NCBI GenBank assembly: GCA_965198225.1
Contig: CBDAOY010000006.1
Location: forward strand, 96,001-160,000
DNA length: 64,000 nt
Source of the DNA: Terriglobia bacterium
Lineage (GTDB): Bacteria > Acidobacteriota > Terriglobia > 20CM-2-55-15
Direction: 5' to 3'
A program made the position numbers and the translations under genes. The notes below the pieces were generated by a model. The model saw nothing but the letters and a program-made list of their open reading frames with translations. It was not told the DNA's origin and ran no database searches. Positions 51,804 through 60,663 of this stretch are shown here, one piece after another. Numbering within the stretch: position 1 is the stretch's first letter; every line of letters begins with the position of its first letter.

Positions 51804-52748
51804 TTAAACGGAGGCCGTCGACCTCCCTTCCCCACCTTCGCTGTAGGCACGCGGTGAAAGGCCAGTGTGCTTCTTGAAGGCCCGCGAAAAATGACTTCGA
51901 CTGGAAAAGCCCACCCGGTCTGCGACCTCGTCGACAGTGACACTTCTTTGCCGTAACAACTGTGCCGCGCGTTGCATACGAATGTGGTGAACGAGCGTCA
52001 TCGGTGGACGGCTGAACGCGGCAGTGAAGTTCTCGGCGAATGCCGAACGACTCATCGCCGCCACTTCCGCAAGCGACTCCACTGTGTGGTTTGCTCCGGG
52101 CTCATCCAGAATCCGATCGATCACGCGGGCCAACCGTTCGTTCTCGAGTGCTGCCAGCCAGGGTAGGGGACACGGCTCGTCTTCACACAACTTCCGCAGC
52201 AGGTACACCATGCACTGGCTCATCAGAACGGCGGTCATGGCTTCGCTGCCCGGGCCGGGTTGCGACTGCTCGGCCAGAATGCCCTGGAACGCGGCACCGA
52301 CCTGGGGCACGTCGACCAGACGCACCACCAACATCTCCCGAAGAAGGTCGAACAACCCCAAAGATTCACCGAACTGCACGCGGACGAGGCCACATGCGAC
52401 AACCATGTTGGCCTCGTTGTCCACCGAACCCGCCAGCAACAGAGGATTCCGGACCCCTTTTGGTGGGGGGCCGTCGACGCGGACTTCGTGTTCGATATCG
52501 CCCGGCGACTCCAAGTCGTGTCTGGCTCCGGGTGGAACGACGACCAGAAAGCAGGGCCGCAGCTCGGAACGCTGGCCCGCCGCGTCCCGCAACATACCGT
52601 GGCCTTCGAGAACGAAGTGGAGCATCACTCCTGCAGGACCCGGCAGGCCCAAGCGCCAGCCCGTACTGATGGTGCATCGCGCGAAAGGCTCGGCGTGGAC
52701 GTTCAGGTTCAAGAGCAGTTTGTCCAGTAGCTTTCCAGCAGACATCAC
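51804..52748 (-). CDS. AraC family regulator with Cupin_6 domain (RclR-like)
   Basis: HFVLEG cupin, MSRSAFA...FSRAFKK HTH, Cys25 and Cys119. Confidence 0.88.
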   Translation of the reverse strand: MMSAGKLLDKLLLNLNVHAEPFARCTISTGWRLGLPGPAGVMLHFVLEGHGMLRDAAGQRSELRPCFLVVVPPGARHDLESPGDIEHEVRVDGPPPKGVRNPLLLAGSVDNEANMVVACGLVRVQFGESLGLFDLLREMLVVRLVDVPQVGAAFQGILAEQSQPGPGSEAMTAVLMSQCMVYLLRKLCEDEPCPLPWLAALENERLARVIDRILDEPGANHTVESLAEVAAMSRSAFAENFTAAFSRPPMTLVHHIRMQRAAQLLRQRSVTVDEVADRVGFSSRSHFSRAFKKHTGLSPRAYSEGGEGRSTASV

Positions 52749-52790
52749 CGGATTCTATTCCGCTCACAACTTCGGTGGCAAGACTCCGGC

Positions 52791-52856
52791 TGGACGATTT
52801 GACACAGCATCCGGACGCCACGGACGCGCTTGGACGATCTGGCACACCTGCCGGAG
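52791..52856 (+). promoter_or_regulatory. Direct repeats, probable AraC operator
   Basis: TGGACGATTTGACACAGCATCCGGA and TGGACGATCTGGCACACCTGCCGGA, 40 bp apart. Confidence 0.6.
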
Positions 52857-52998
52857 CACTTCGCACAGGGCCTCATGTGAAAGTAGGAGGTGGATGAGAA
52901 GGAAAGAGAATGACAGTCGACAAGGACTTTGTCGATGAAACCGCTCGAACCGCCTCCGTGGAAGCAAACACTCGGTGGGCGGACAAAGGAGATAGAAG

Positions 52999-53733
52999 AT
53001 GTTTAAGGGTTTGATCCTGGCACTGATTCTCGCAGCCTCGCCGGCAGGCGCACAATCCGCAAGACCCACAGATGCGACGGTTCAGGCGGAGGTGGAAAAG
53101 CGCCTGACAAAGCAAGATTTGGCTGAGGGCAACGACATCGAAGTCCGCGTAGACGATCTCATAGTCTTTCTGGATGGCTCGGTTCAGAATCTGAGACAGA
53201 AGCGCCAGGCTACGGAGGCCGCGATGAAAGCCGATGGCGCCTCGCACGTGATGAATCACCTGGTTGTGGCTCGGGGAGACCGGACCGACCAGCAAATCGC
53301 CGACAGGGTCGGACGGAAGGTACGTAGCCATCCTTTCTACGACATTTACGATTGGATCGACGGCGAAGTGAACGACGGGGTCGTCACGCTGAGGGGATGG
53401 GTCCGCGAGCCGTGGCGGAAGAGGCAATACGAAGCCCGTCTGGAAGAATTAGACGGTGTCGTTTCCATAGAGAACGAAATCGGTGTCTTGCCGGTTGCAT
53501 TATATGATGACGAGCTCAGAATCGCTGCCACGCGACGGATCTACGGTAATCCCCGGTTCGTCCGGTACGCGTCCCGGTCCCACCCGCCGATCCACATTAT
53601 CGTGAACCGCGGCCGGATCAGCCTCGAGGGAACCGTGGCCACTACAGTCGAACGCCGGCTCGCGGAAACCGCTCTCGTTGGTCTCAGCGCGCTGGAAATC
53701 GTAAACAACCTGTCGACCGACGCTGGTCTGTAG
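52999..53733 (+). CDS. Secreted triple-BON-domain protein
   Basis: Signal peptide, three BON repeats (LDGSV, LRGWV, LEGTV), PIHIIV. Confidence 0.88.
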   Translation: MFKGLILALILAASPAGAQSARPTDATVQAEVEKRLTKQDLAEGNDIEVRVDDLIVFLDGSVQNLRQKRQATEAAMKADGASHVMNHLVVARGDRTDQQIADRVGRKVRSHPFYDIYDWIDGEVNDGVVTLRGWVREPWRKRQYEARLEELDGVVSIENEIGVLPVALYDDELRIAATRRIYGNPRFVRYASRSHPPIHIIVNRGRISLEGTVATTVERRLAETALVGLSALEIVNNLSTDAGL

Positions 53734-53748
53734 AGCAAGGAGAGACTC

Positions 53749-54243
53749 ATGTCGCGAAGATATGCCTTCATTGCACTAGCCGTCGTCATCGTCGTAACGA
53801 GTTCGTATCTGTTCCGGCCAGAACTGCCGGCCGCGAACCGGCAGGTGGATGTAATGTCTTCCGCCCCAACCGCAGCGCCCGTCCAGCAGCCCGAAACTTT
53901 GGTTTCAGGACACTTTCACGATGTTGCGCACGAGGGAACGGGCGTCGCGACGGTGTATGAACTGGCCGACGGGAGCAGGACGTTGGGGTTGACCCAGTTT
54001 CACGCGTCCAAGGGCCCGGACCTGCGCGTGTATCTCGTGGCTGCCGCGGATGCGGCCGACAGCGCTACCGTCGGTGGCGCGGACGTTGTGGATCTAGGGG
54101 CGCTCAAGGGGAATTCGGGCGACCAGAATTACGACGTCCCCCGGGACATCGATCTCGACAAGTATCGCTCCGTGAGCATCTGGTGCAAGCGCTTCAGCGT
54201 CAACTTCACGACCGCGCCGCTCGGGCCGGGCCCGGCTCTTTGA
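53749..54243 (+). CDS. DM13 domain protein
   Basis: SGHFH...HEGTG, GPDLRVYL, LKGNSGDQNY, SIWCKRFSVNF. Confidence 0.9.
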   Translation: MSRRYAFIALAVVIVVTSSYLFRPELPAANRQVDVMSSAPTAAPVQQPETLVSGHFHDVAHEGTGVATVYELADGSRTLGLTQFHASKGPDLRVYLVAAADAADSATVGGADVVDLGALKGNSGDQNYDVPRDIDLDKYRSVSIWCKRFSVNFTTAPLGPGPAL

Positions 54244-54245
54244 GG

Positions 54246-54944
54246 ATGAAATCTCGAATCATGAACAAGAACCGACTTCTCGAGCGTAGTCTCAAACCGG
54301 CCGTCTTCCTGTTGTGTCTCTTTCCCCTGGCCATCCTCGTCTGGAATGCCTTTTCGGGAAACCTCAGCGCCAATCCGATCGACGACATAACGGACACGAC
54401 CGGCCGATGGACCTTGCGCTTCCTGCTGATTTCACTCGCGGTGCGACCGGCTCGTCAGATCACCAAGATCGGCAGCATCATGCAATTTCGCCGGATGCTC
54501 GGACTTTTCGCTTTCTTCTACTCCGTGCTCCACGTCAGCGTGTACGTTGTGCTGGATTATTTCTTCGATTTTGCCGCTATGTTGCAAGAGATTCCCGAAA
54601 AGCCGTTTATTGCAGCGGGGTTTACGGCCTTCGTGGCTATGGTTCCACTGGCCATAACTTCAACGAAGAAATGGATTGGCCGGCTGGGTGGAAAACGGTG
54701 GCAACTGCTCCACCGGCTTGTCTACGTGAGTGCTATCGGTGGAGTGCTGCACTACTTGTGGGTCACGAAGGTGGTCGAAACGGGTCCGGTCGCGTATGCC
54801 GCAGCGCTTGCTCTGCTGCTCGGGTATCGCGTGGCCGTTTACCTCAGACCCGACATCGTTCGCCGCACGCACTCGCAAGGAAGACTGCGAGAGGCCGCTC
54901 ATCATTCGACGCCTGGACGGCCTCGTTACGAGAATGCCGGCTGA
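54246..54944 (+). CDS. msrQ: Sulfoxide reductase heme-binding subunit MsrQ/YedZ
   Basis: TGRW, RRMLGLFAFFYSVLH, LAITS, WQLLHRLVY, LHYLW. Confidence 0.9.
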   Translation: MKSRIMNKNRLLERSLKPAVFLLCLFPLAILVWNAFSGNLSANPIDDITDTTGRWTLRFLLISLAVRPARQITKIGSIMQFRRMLGLFAFFYSVLHVSVYVVLDYFFDFAAMLQEIPEKPFIAAGFTAFVAMVPLAITSTKKWIGRLGGKRWQLLHRLVYVSAIGGVLHYLWVTKVVETGPVAYAAALALLLGYRVAVYLRPDIVRRTHSQGRLREAAHHSTPGRPRYENAG

Positions 54945-55336
54945 GTGCTGGCTCATCGGACTGAAAGTCCAAAATGCGCAGGAACTGCTGTCGAGGGTTC
55001 GGTGGGATGACAATTGAAGGAGCAACCGGAAGACTTGACGGCTTCGGCGACCACGGCCTTTCCCGCTCCGCGACCCGTGGGATAAGAATCCCGCGCTGCG
55101 CCTTTGCGGCGTTCAGTCTGAGTTTATGGTCGCGCGGGTTGCACCTGTTCGCGGCGGCAGACAGCCGCTGTACCGATTATCGGATTCTCGGCCGGGAAGC
55201 GAAAGGCACAGCCAAAAAGCATTCAAACAAGCGCGTGGTCGCCGCACCGGTATTGCGTCTTCTATAGCACCCTCCTTGTCAAGAGTTAACATCGCGACCG
55301 CGGGTCTTACGCGGCCAGGAGCCTGACAATCAAGCC

Positions 55337-55771
55337 TCACCCGCCAATACCGTCGGCAGAGAGGTAGGACGCGAGAGAATCGAGTTCCTGTGTCAGGTCT
55401 TCCGTTCGATCACGCAGCAAGTATCGCATGGACACCATCCCCTCCACCGTGCCGCCTTCGCTGACGATCGGCAGGTGGCGGAAGTGGTGTTCAAGCATGA
55501 TCTTCAGAGCAGCGCCCACGGTCGTGCTCTTGTCGATCGTCACCGCTGGCGCCGTCATGACCTCGGCGATCGGTGTCCTCTGCGGATCTTTTTTCGTCAG
55601 CGCGACCCGTAGCATCACGTCCCGTTCGCCAAAGGTACCGACTAGCCTACCTCCTTCGAGGACAAGCACGCCCCCAACCTTCTCCTCTTCCATCAGGCGA
55701 ATGCCGTCCATCACAGTGCAATGTGACTCGATCGCTGGAGCTGGGATCTTCGCTATCTTGAGGATGTTCAT
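55337..55771 (-). CDS. CBS domain protein
   Basis: GTFGERD, VMT, FRHLPIV, GMVS. Confidence 0.88.
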   Translation of the reverse strand: MNILKIAKIPAPAIESHCTVMDGIRLMEEEKVGGVLVLEGGRLVGTFGERDVMLRVALTKKDPQRTPIAEVMTAPAVTIDKSTTVGAALKIMLEHHFRHLPIVSEGGTVEGMVSMRYLLRDRTEDLTQELDSLASYLSADGIGG

Positions 55772-55858
55772 TCGCCCTCCTCCATTCCGGAGCATGTCAT
55801 TGCCCGCGGTCCTGATCCTCGCCAGTCACGCAGTTCGGCCCCGTAAGATCAGCTCCGG

Positions 55859-56371
55859 CTACTGAGATTCAGGCTTCTTTTTGTCAAAAATCCTCAAGCT
55901 CGTGTAGTCCTCGCCCAGCCGCAGTGAGATCGTCATCAGCTGGCCATCTTCGGAGACGACCCGCCGGAGCAAGCCGACCTCCCGACCAGCATGCCTCAAG
56001 ATGGCCTCATCCGTGTTGGGCCTGACCCTTCTCAGCTTGATGGCATCCACAGTCCGGTCATCCACAGTCCGGGCACCTATTACCGGATCGAACATTTCGT
56101 AAGTCGCTACGTATTCGAAGGACGACGTAGTCCCGTCGGCGTGCACAGTTTCGACTGTTGCTTTCAGCCCCTCAGGGGTTCTCGCATAGGTTCGCGTCTG
56201 GCTCTGAGGCGGAGGCCCAGGGTCATAAATCGACCGCTCGACGTCTTGTATCCATGTCCCGATCAAAGGGTGGTCCTGTTCTGGAGCCTGGTTGGCACGG
56301 GGGTTGGACGTGGCAGAACAAAGGAAGAAAACCACCAGTAATCCGCAAAGCCTTTTCAATGCACGATTCAT
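55859..56371 (-). CDS. Secreted hypothetical protein (lipocalin-like GTW motif)
   Basis: Signal peptide, LIGTW, VSEDGQLMT; GGAGGAG RBS. Confidence 0.7.
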   Translation of the reverse strand: MNRALKRLCGLLVVFFLCSATSNPRANQAPEQDHPLIGTWIQDVERSIYDPGPPPQSQTRTYARTPEGLKATVETVHADGTTSSFEYVATYEMFDPVIGARTVDDRTVDAIKLRRVRPNTDEAILRHAGREVGLLRRVVSEDGQLMTISLRLGEDYTSLRIFDKKKPESQ

Positions 56372-56786
56372 GACTCTCCTCCGGTAGAAAGGACTGTCAA
56401 TTTACCCCTGTTCCAAGTTCCTTCCAGTGCACGTAACTTCATGCCAGGAACAGGGTCGGTGAGAGGCGAGCCCTCACCAGGTGTCGCGGCTGCACCGATT
56501 TTTGATCTTGATGCCTCGTCTCCTCTTCTGAAAATCGTCGAAGACGGCCCTCATGGTCCCGATTCATTGCCGCGCGGTCAGCCAAGCTCCGCGTCGCTCG
56601 CCACGGCGGAGGCAGCAACGGCGTCGGAGTTTCCTGACCTCCACGACCGCTACATTCTGTCAGAGGGAGCGAGACTCGCGTAACTGGCAAAAATACGGGG
56701 TTCCAGGCCCGCAAAACATACGGGGTTTCCTAGAAACGATTTGCGAGATTCTCAAGGCGCGAGGGTCGTGGGCAGGAATCGGGCGC

Positions 56787-57194
56787 CTAAGCGCGGCAGG
56801 ATGAGCGAAAGGTAACGCCATCCATGACCTTTCGAATCGCATGGCGCAGATCAGACCTCATGGAAAGTTTCGCCACATACCCTACAGCGCCGGCAGTGAA
56901 GGCAGCGCTCATATACGCGGGGCTCTCATGAACGGTCAGTATAATGACTCTTGTACTTGGAACGGCTTTCATTATCCGACGGGTTGCCGCAATTCCGTTC
57001 AGAACCGGCATCGAGATATCCACGACTGCGATGTCGGGTTCCAGTTCTTCAACCGCTCGAAGCAAAGCGCCTCCATCTCTCACCGTGTCAATGACATCAA
57101 ACTCAAGTTCCAGCAGCTTCCGAACGCGTTCCAGGATTTCCTGATCGTCATCGGCTAAGAGAACACGAAGTCTCTTCCGCTTCTCTTGCTGCAT
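56787..57194 (-). CDS. NarL-type receiver-only response regulator
   Basis: LADDD, DISMPVLNG, ILTVH, GYVAK; no HTH. Confidence 0.85.
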   Translation of the reverse strand: MQQEKRKRLRVLLADDDQEILERVRKLLELEFDVIDTVRDGGALLRAVEELEPDIAVVDISMPVLNGIAATRRIMKAVPSTRVIILTVHESPAYMSAAFTAGAVGYVAKLSMRSDLRHAIRKVMDGVTFRSSCRA

Positions 57195-57556
57195 GCGTTC
57201 ACCTCAATGGTTGCGCAGAGCTGAGTAGAAGAAGCAGCAATAATCCAAACATTATCACCGTGCGTCTCATTGCCTTTCTCCAAGACAACAAAAGAAATGG
57301 ACCAGCTTCCGTGCAAGAAGAAGACGCGTGGCCCCAACCAGGGGCCCCATCGTCCCCACAACCCAGGGGCCTTTGTATTCGAGTGCCGATTCTTTGCCGA
57401 TCAGTCGCGGTGGGTACTCATTCGGAGTCGGGCGATTTCTTTGGCAGCTCCTTGGGATTCAGCACTGCGATGTTTTTTACACTAGCCGGATGTTGGGCGC
57501 TATCCGCAAAAGTTCCAGTTATTGAGTAGGGAAAGTACGTATGAGTCGCAGGACCA

Positions 57557-58198
57557 TCATTCAGGAGAGACGATGCCGTGCCTGGAAGCCCATACTGCAA
57601 GTTCGGCGATGCTGTGAACGCCCAGTTTCTCCATGATGCGGTACTTGTGGAATTCTACCGTTCTGGGAGATATGCCCAGAATTGCCGCGATGCTTTTGAC
57701 GGCATGGCCCTCCGCGACCAGTTGCAACACTTCCCGCTCCCGAGCTGTCAATTTAACGCCGATCTCAGGCTCCTGCGATTCATTAGTGAAGGATTGCAAG
57801 ACTCCGTCGGCAACGTAGGGAGTCATATATGTTCGTCCAGACAGGACGTGTCGGATTGCGGTCTGGAGTTCACTAGCGGCCGTATCTTTCACGACGTAGC
57901 CCGATGCCCCAGCCCGAAAAGCTGCTGCCGCGTACAATGCGTCATGATGCATGGTTAGAAAGATGATCTTCGCACGGGGGTCCGCTTTCTTGATTTGGCG
58001 CGCCGCTTCGATGCCGTTTAGCGCAGGCATCGAGATGTCTGCAACAATCACGTCGGGACTCAGCTTACCGAGGGCCTTCAGCAGGCTCCGACCGTCCGCA
58101 GCTGTTCCGATGACATCGAAATTGTCTTCCAGGATTCGACACAGGCCTTCGAGGAAGATGGCGTGGTCGTCGGCTAGCAACACTTTTGGGCGACTCAT
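57557..58198 (-). CDS. NarL/LuxR family response regulator
   Basis: LADDH, DISMP, LTAREREVL, SPRTVEFHK. Confidence 0.93.
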   Translation of the reverse strand: MSRPKVLLADDHAIFLEGLCRILEDNFDVIGTAADGRSLLKALGKLSPDVIVADISMPALNGIEAARQIKKADPRAKIIFLTMHHDALYAAAAFRAGASGYVVKDTAASELQTAIRHVLSGRTYMTPYVADGVLQSFTNESQEPEIGVKLTAREREVLQLVAEGHAVKSIAAILGISPRTVEFHKYRIMEKLGVHSIAELAVWASRHGIVSPE

Positions 58199-59490
58199 GT
58201 TTTGCGCTTTTTCAGGGGAAGGAGAGCCCGCACTTGTGTTCCATCCCCGGGCTTGGACCGTACGGACAGCTCGCCGCCAAGCAGTCTCACCCGTTCCTCC
58301 ATGCTGAGCAGACCGAGCCGCGCCTTTCTTCTCACTCGAGACCGATCAAAGCCTTTACCGTTATCTGCAATCGAAAGCGAAACCTCTGCGGACTTGCCGA
58401 CCAGCGTGACACTTACTTCCTTCGCATCAGCGTGCTTGGCAACGTTTTGAAGACACTCTTGTGCAACTCGGTAGAGGCATAACGAAGCATCCTGGGAAAA
58501 GGATTCCGGTGTTCCCCGAGATTTGAATTTCGCTGGAAGCCCGTAACGCTTCGAGAACGTCAGACACTCGGCCTTCAGGGCCTCCCCCAATCCCAGGTCA
58601 TGGAGGATGGAAGGATGGAGGCGCCGGGACATTTCATGGGTATATTTCGCCAGAGTCCCGATCCGCGCCGCCAACTGCTCCAACTCATTGCGGACGATGC
58701 GATCGGTTAACGGGATCTGCTCCCGGAGTGTCGCCACGTCCATCTTTAGAACCGCAAGAGTCTGGCTGAAGACGTCGTGCAGCTCTCGTGCCCAACGTTT
58801 GTTCTCCTCTTCTCGATCTTGTATCAACTCGCTGGCCAGTGCTCGGAGGTCCTTTTCTGTTCGACGAAGCCGCGTCTCACTTCTCCTCAGGGCGTTCTCG
58901 ACCTCCTTCAGTCTCACGATATGTTTCGCGAGCGTGGCGACTGCCACTGCATCACCTGCTTCGTTTTCGATGACCGACAACGTCAGGAGCACAGGAATGC
59001 GTTTGCCCGCCTTGTTCCATCGCAGGATCTCCACGTCGCGCACCGATTGTCCACTGCGGCAGCGCCGCACAAGATCGTCGACTCGTTCGTGCTCCTCGGG
59101 TGGCAAGATCTGTTTGATAGATTGCCCGATCAGTTCATCACGTTTCCACCCGTACGCCCGTTCCGCTTCCGCGTTCAGGTCAATGATCGTTCCATCCATG
59201 TCCCTGATTATTATCGGATCAGCGGCGGCCCGAAAGACCCTGGATATCACGTATATTGCGTCTTCTGTTTGCTTCAGAGCTAACGGAACCGTCAGTCCTG
59301 CCCCGGCATCTTCGGGCGACGGGCTGGCGCTTCTTGTTGCGGCTTTCGGGGTTTGGGATCCATCCGGCTCACCCTGCCTGAGCCGTGATCGCTTTTTTGG
59401 GGGTGGGTGTTTACCGGGAACGGATTTCTCCGCTCTCGCCGAGGATGGTTTTCTCTTGGCTAGAGATGAGACGATGCCCTTTCGCGCCAC
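58195..59490 (-). CDS. PAS-domain sensor histidine kinase (HisKA_3)
   Basis: PAS, ARELHD, QECLQNVAKH, DNGKGF, GLLSMEER. Confidence 0.92.
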   Translation of the reverse strand: MARKGIVSSLAKRKPSSARAEKSVPGKHPPPKKRSRLRQGEPDGSQTPKAATRSASPSPEDAGAGLTVPLALKQTEDAIYVISRVFRAAADPIIIRDMDGTIIDLNAEAERAYGWKRDELIGQSIKQILPPEEHERVDDLVRRCRSGQSVRDVEILRWNKAGKRIPVLLTLSVIENEAGDAVAVATLAKHIVRLKEVENALRRSETRLRRTEKDLRALASELIQDREEENKRWARELHDVFSQTLAVLKMDVATLREQIPLTDRIVRNELEQLAARIGTLAKYTHEMSRRLHPSILHDLGLGEALKAECLTFSKRYGLPAKFKSRGTPESFSQDASLCLYRVAQECLQNVAKHADAKEVSVTLVGKSAEVSLSIADNGKGFDRSRVRRKARLGLLSMEERVRLLGGELSVRSKPGDGTQVRALLPLKKRKT

Positions 59491-59526
59491 GCGGTCCTCT
59501 CCTGGCTGCCGTGGCTCCCGCCAAGC

Positions 59527-60399
59527 CTACTCCCCGACTTGCATGGTCAAGACGGGGCAATTGACTTTGTTCAGCACCCTATCGACGGTCGTGCCGTAGA
59601 AGTACCCGTGGGTTGCACTGTAACCTTTGGCGCCCATAATGATCAGCGACGCGTCGATTTCTTCCTCGGCCTCGACGATGCAGTCGCTCGTGCGACCCAG
59701 TTTTACGAGAGTATTCACCGTGCCGTCCGACAGGAACTCCTCAGGGGTGATGTTTCGCATCTGATTCTGAGCCCATTCCCGTGATCGGTCGAGTGAAGCA
59801 TCAACTTGCTCCTGCCGCACCAGACGTTCCAACGCAGTCGGCGTTTTCACAGCATGGATGAAATGTAGCGGGCGCTTGAGTAGTGTCTTCTTTATCTTGA
59901 AGGCGTAGTCAGTCACCTTTTTGGACTGGCGCGAGAAGTCCGTCGCCACCAGAATTCTTTCGACCGACGGATCCACCTCCGAGTCTACGTTCTTGACCGG
60001 AACCGCGAGGACTGGCCGGGTAGTGCTTCGCACGACCTGCATCGTCGTGACGCCTCTCATGCTACCCATGACGACCAAGTCCACCATTTCCTCAATCGCC
60101 AGCTTGCATATTTCTTCAGGTGGCTTACCCTGCGACATAAGCCGACGGACAGTTGTCTTGAGTTTCACTTCCTCTGGCAGCAGTTCCATCACTTCTGTAT
60201 CGACGTGGAAGTCCATCTGCTTTTGCAGCTGGTGCACATCAAACAGCGATGCCCAGTGCGAATGCGGCCCGAAGAAGTTATTGACCACATGCTGAACGAT
60301 GAGCTCACCCCCATTGAACTTCGCCAGAGAGATCGCGTATCGGAGTGCGTTGTTGCTTTCCTTGGAGAAGTCAGTCGGAAAAAGTACTCGGTTGAACAT
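59527..60399 (-). CDS. Universal stress protein (tandem USP domains)
   Basis: LFPTDFS and LVATDFS, LVVMGS, CPVL. Confidence 0.9.
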   Translation of the reverse strand: MFNRVLFPTDFSKESNNALRYAISLAKFNGGELIVQHVVNNFFGPHSHWASLFDVHQLQKQMDFHVDTEVMELLPEEVKLKTTVRRLMSQGKPPEEICKLAIEEMVDLVVMGSMRGVTTMQVVRSTTRPVLAVPVKNVDSEVDPSVERILVATDFSRQSKKVTDYAFKIKKTLLKRPLHFIHAVKTPTALERLVRQEQVDASLDRSREWAQNQMRNITPEEFLSDGTVNTLVKLGRTSDCIVEAEEEIDASLIIMGAKGYSATHGYFYGTTVDRVLNKVNCPVLTMQVGE

Positions 60400-60610
60400 C
60401 TTTGCTACCCTCCCTTTGGATCCAGTCGAGAGAGGCTGCGACTTCTCGAGGATCAACCGCCCCGTCTACAAGCGACGGCGCGCGACATCACTGGAGTTCC
60501 ATGAGATACCCGAAAACCCACGGAGTCAAGTGAAGTTTGTCATGCTGACGCTCAGATTCCCGCCGCTGTTGTAGCCATCTAGACGGATCACTTCACAAGG
60601 ACTTATGTGG

Positions 60611-60643
60611 AATGACCGCTACTCTTTGCAAGTAGCGGTCATT
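60611..60643. terminator. 13-bp perfect hairpin downstream of the wHTH-TPR gene
   Basis: AATGACCGCTACT-CTTTGCA-AGTAGCGGTCATT. Confidence 0.6.
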
Positions 60644-60663
60644 GTTGCCAGGAAGATGCGAAG

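Noticed and set aside
54945-55336. Small ORFs or a gene remnant after msrQ
   Set aside because: No credible start, RBS or recognisable family.
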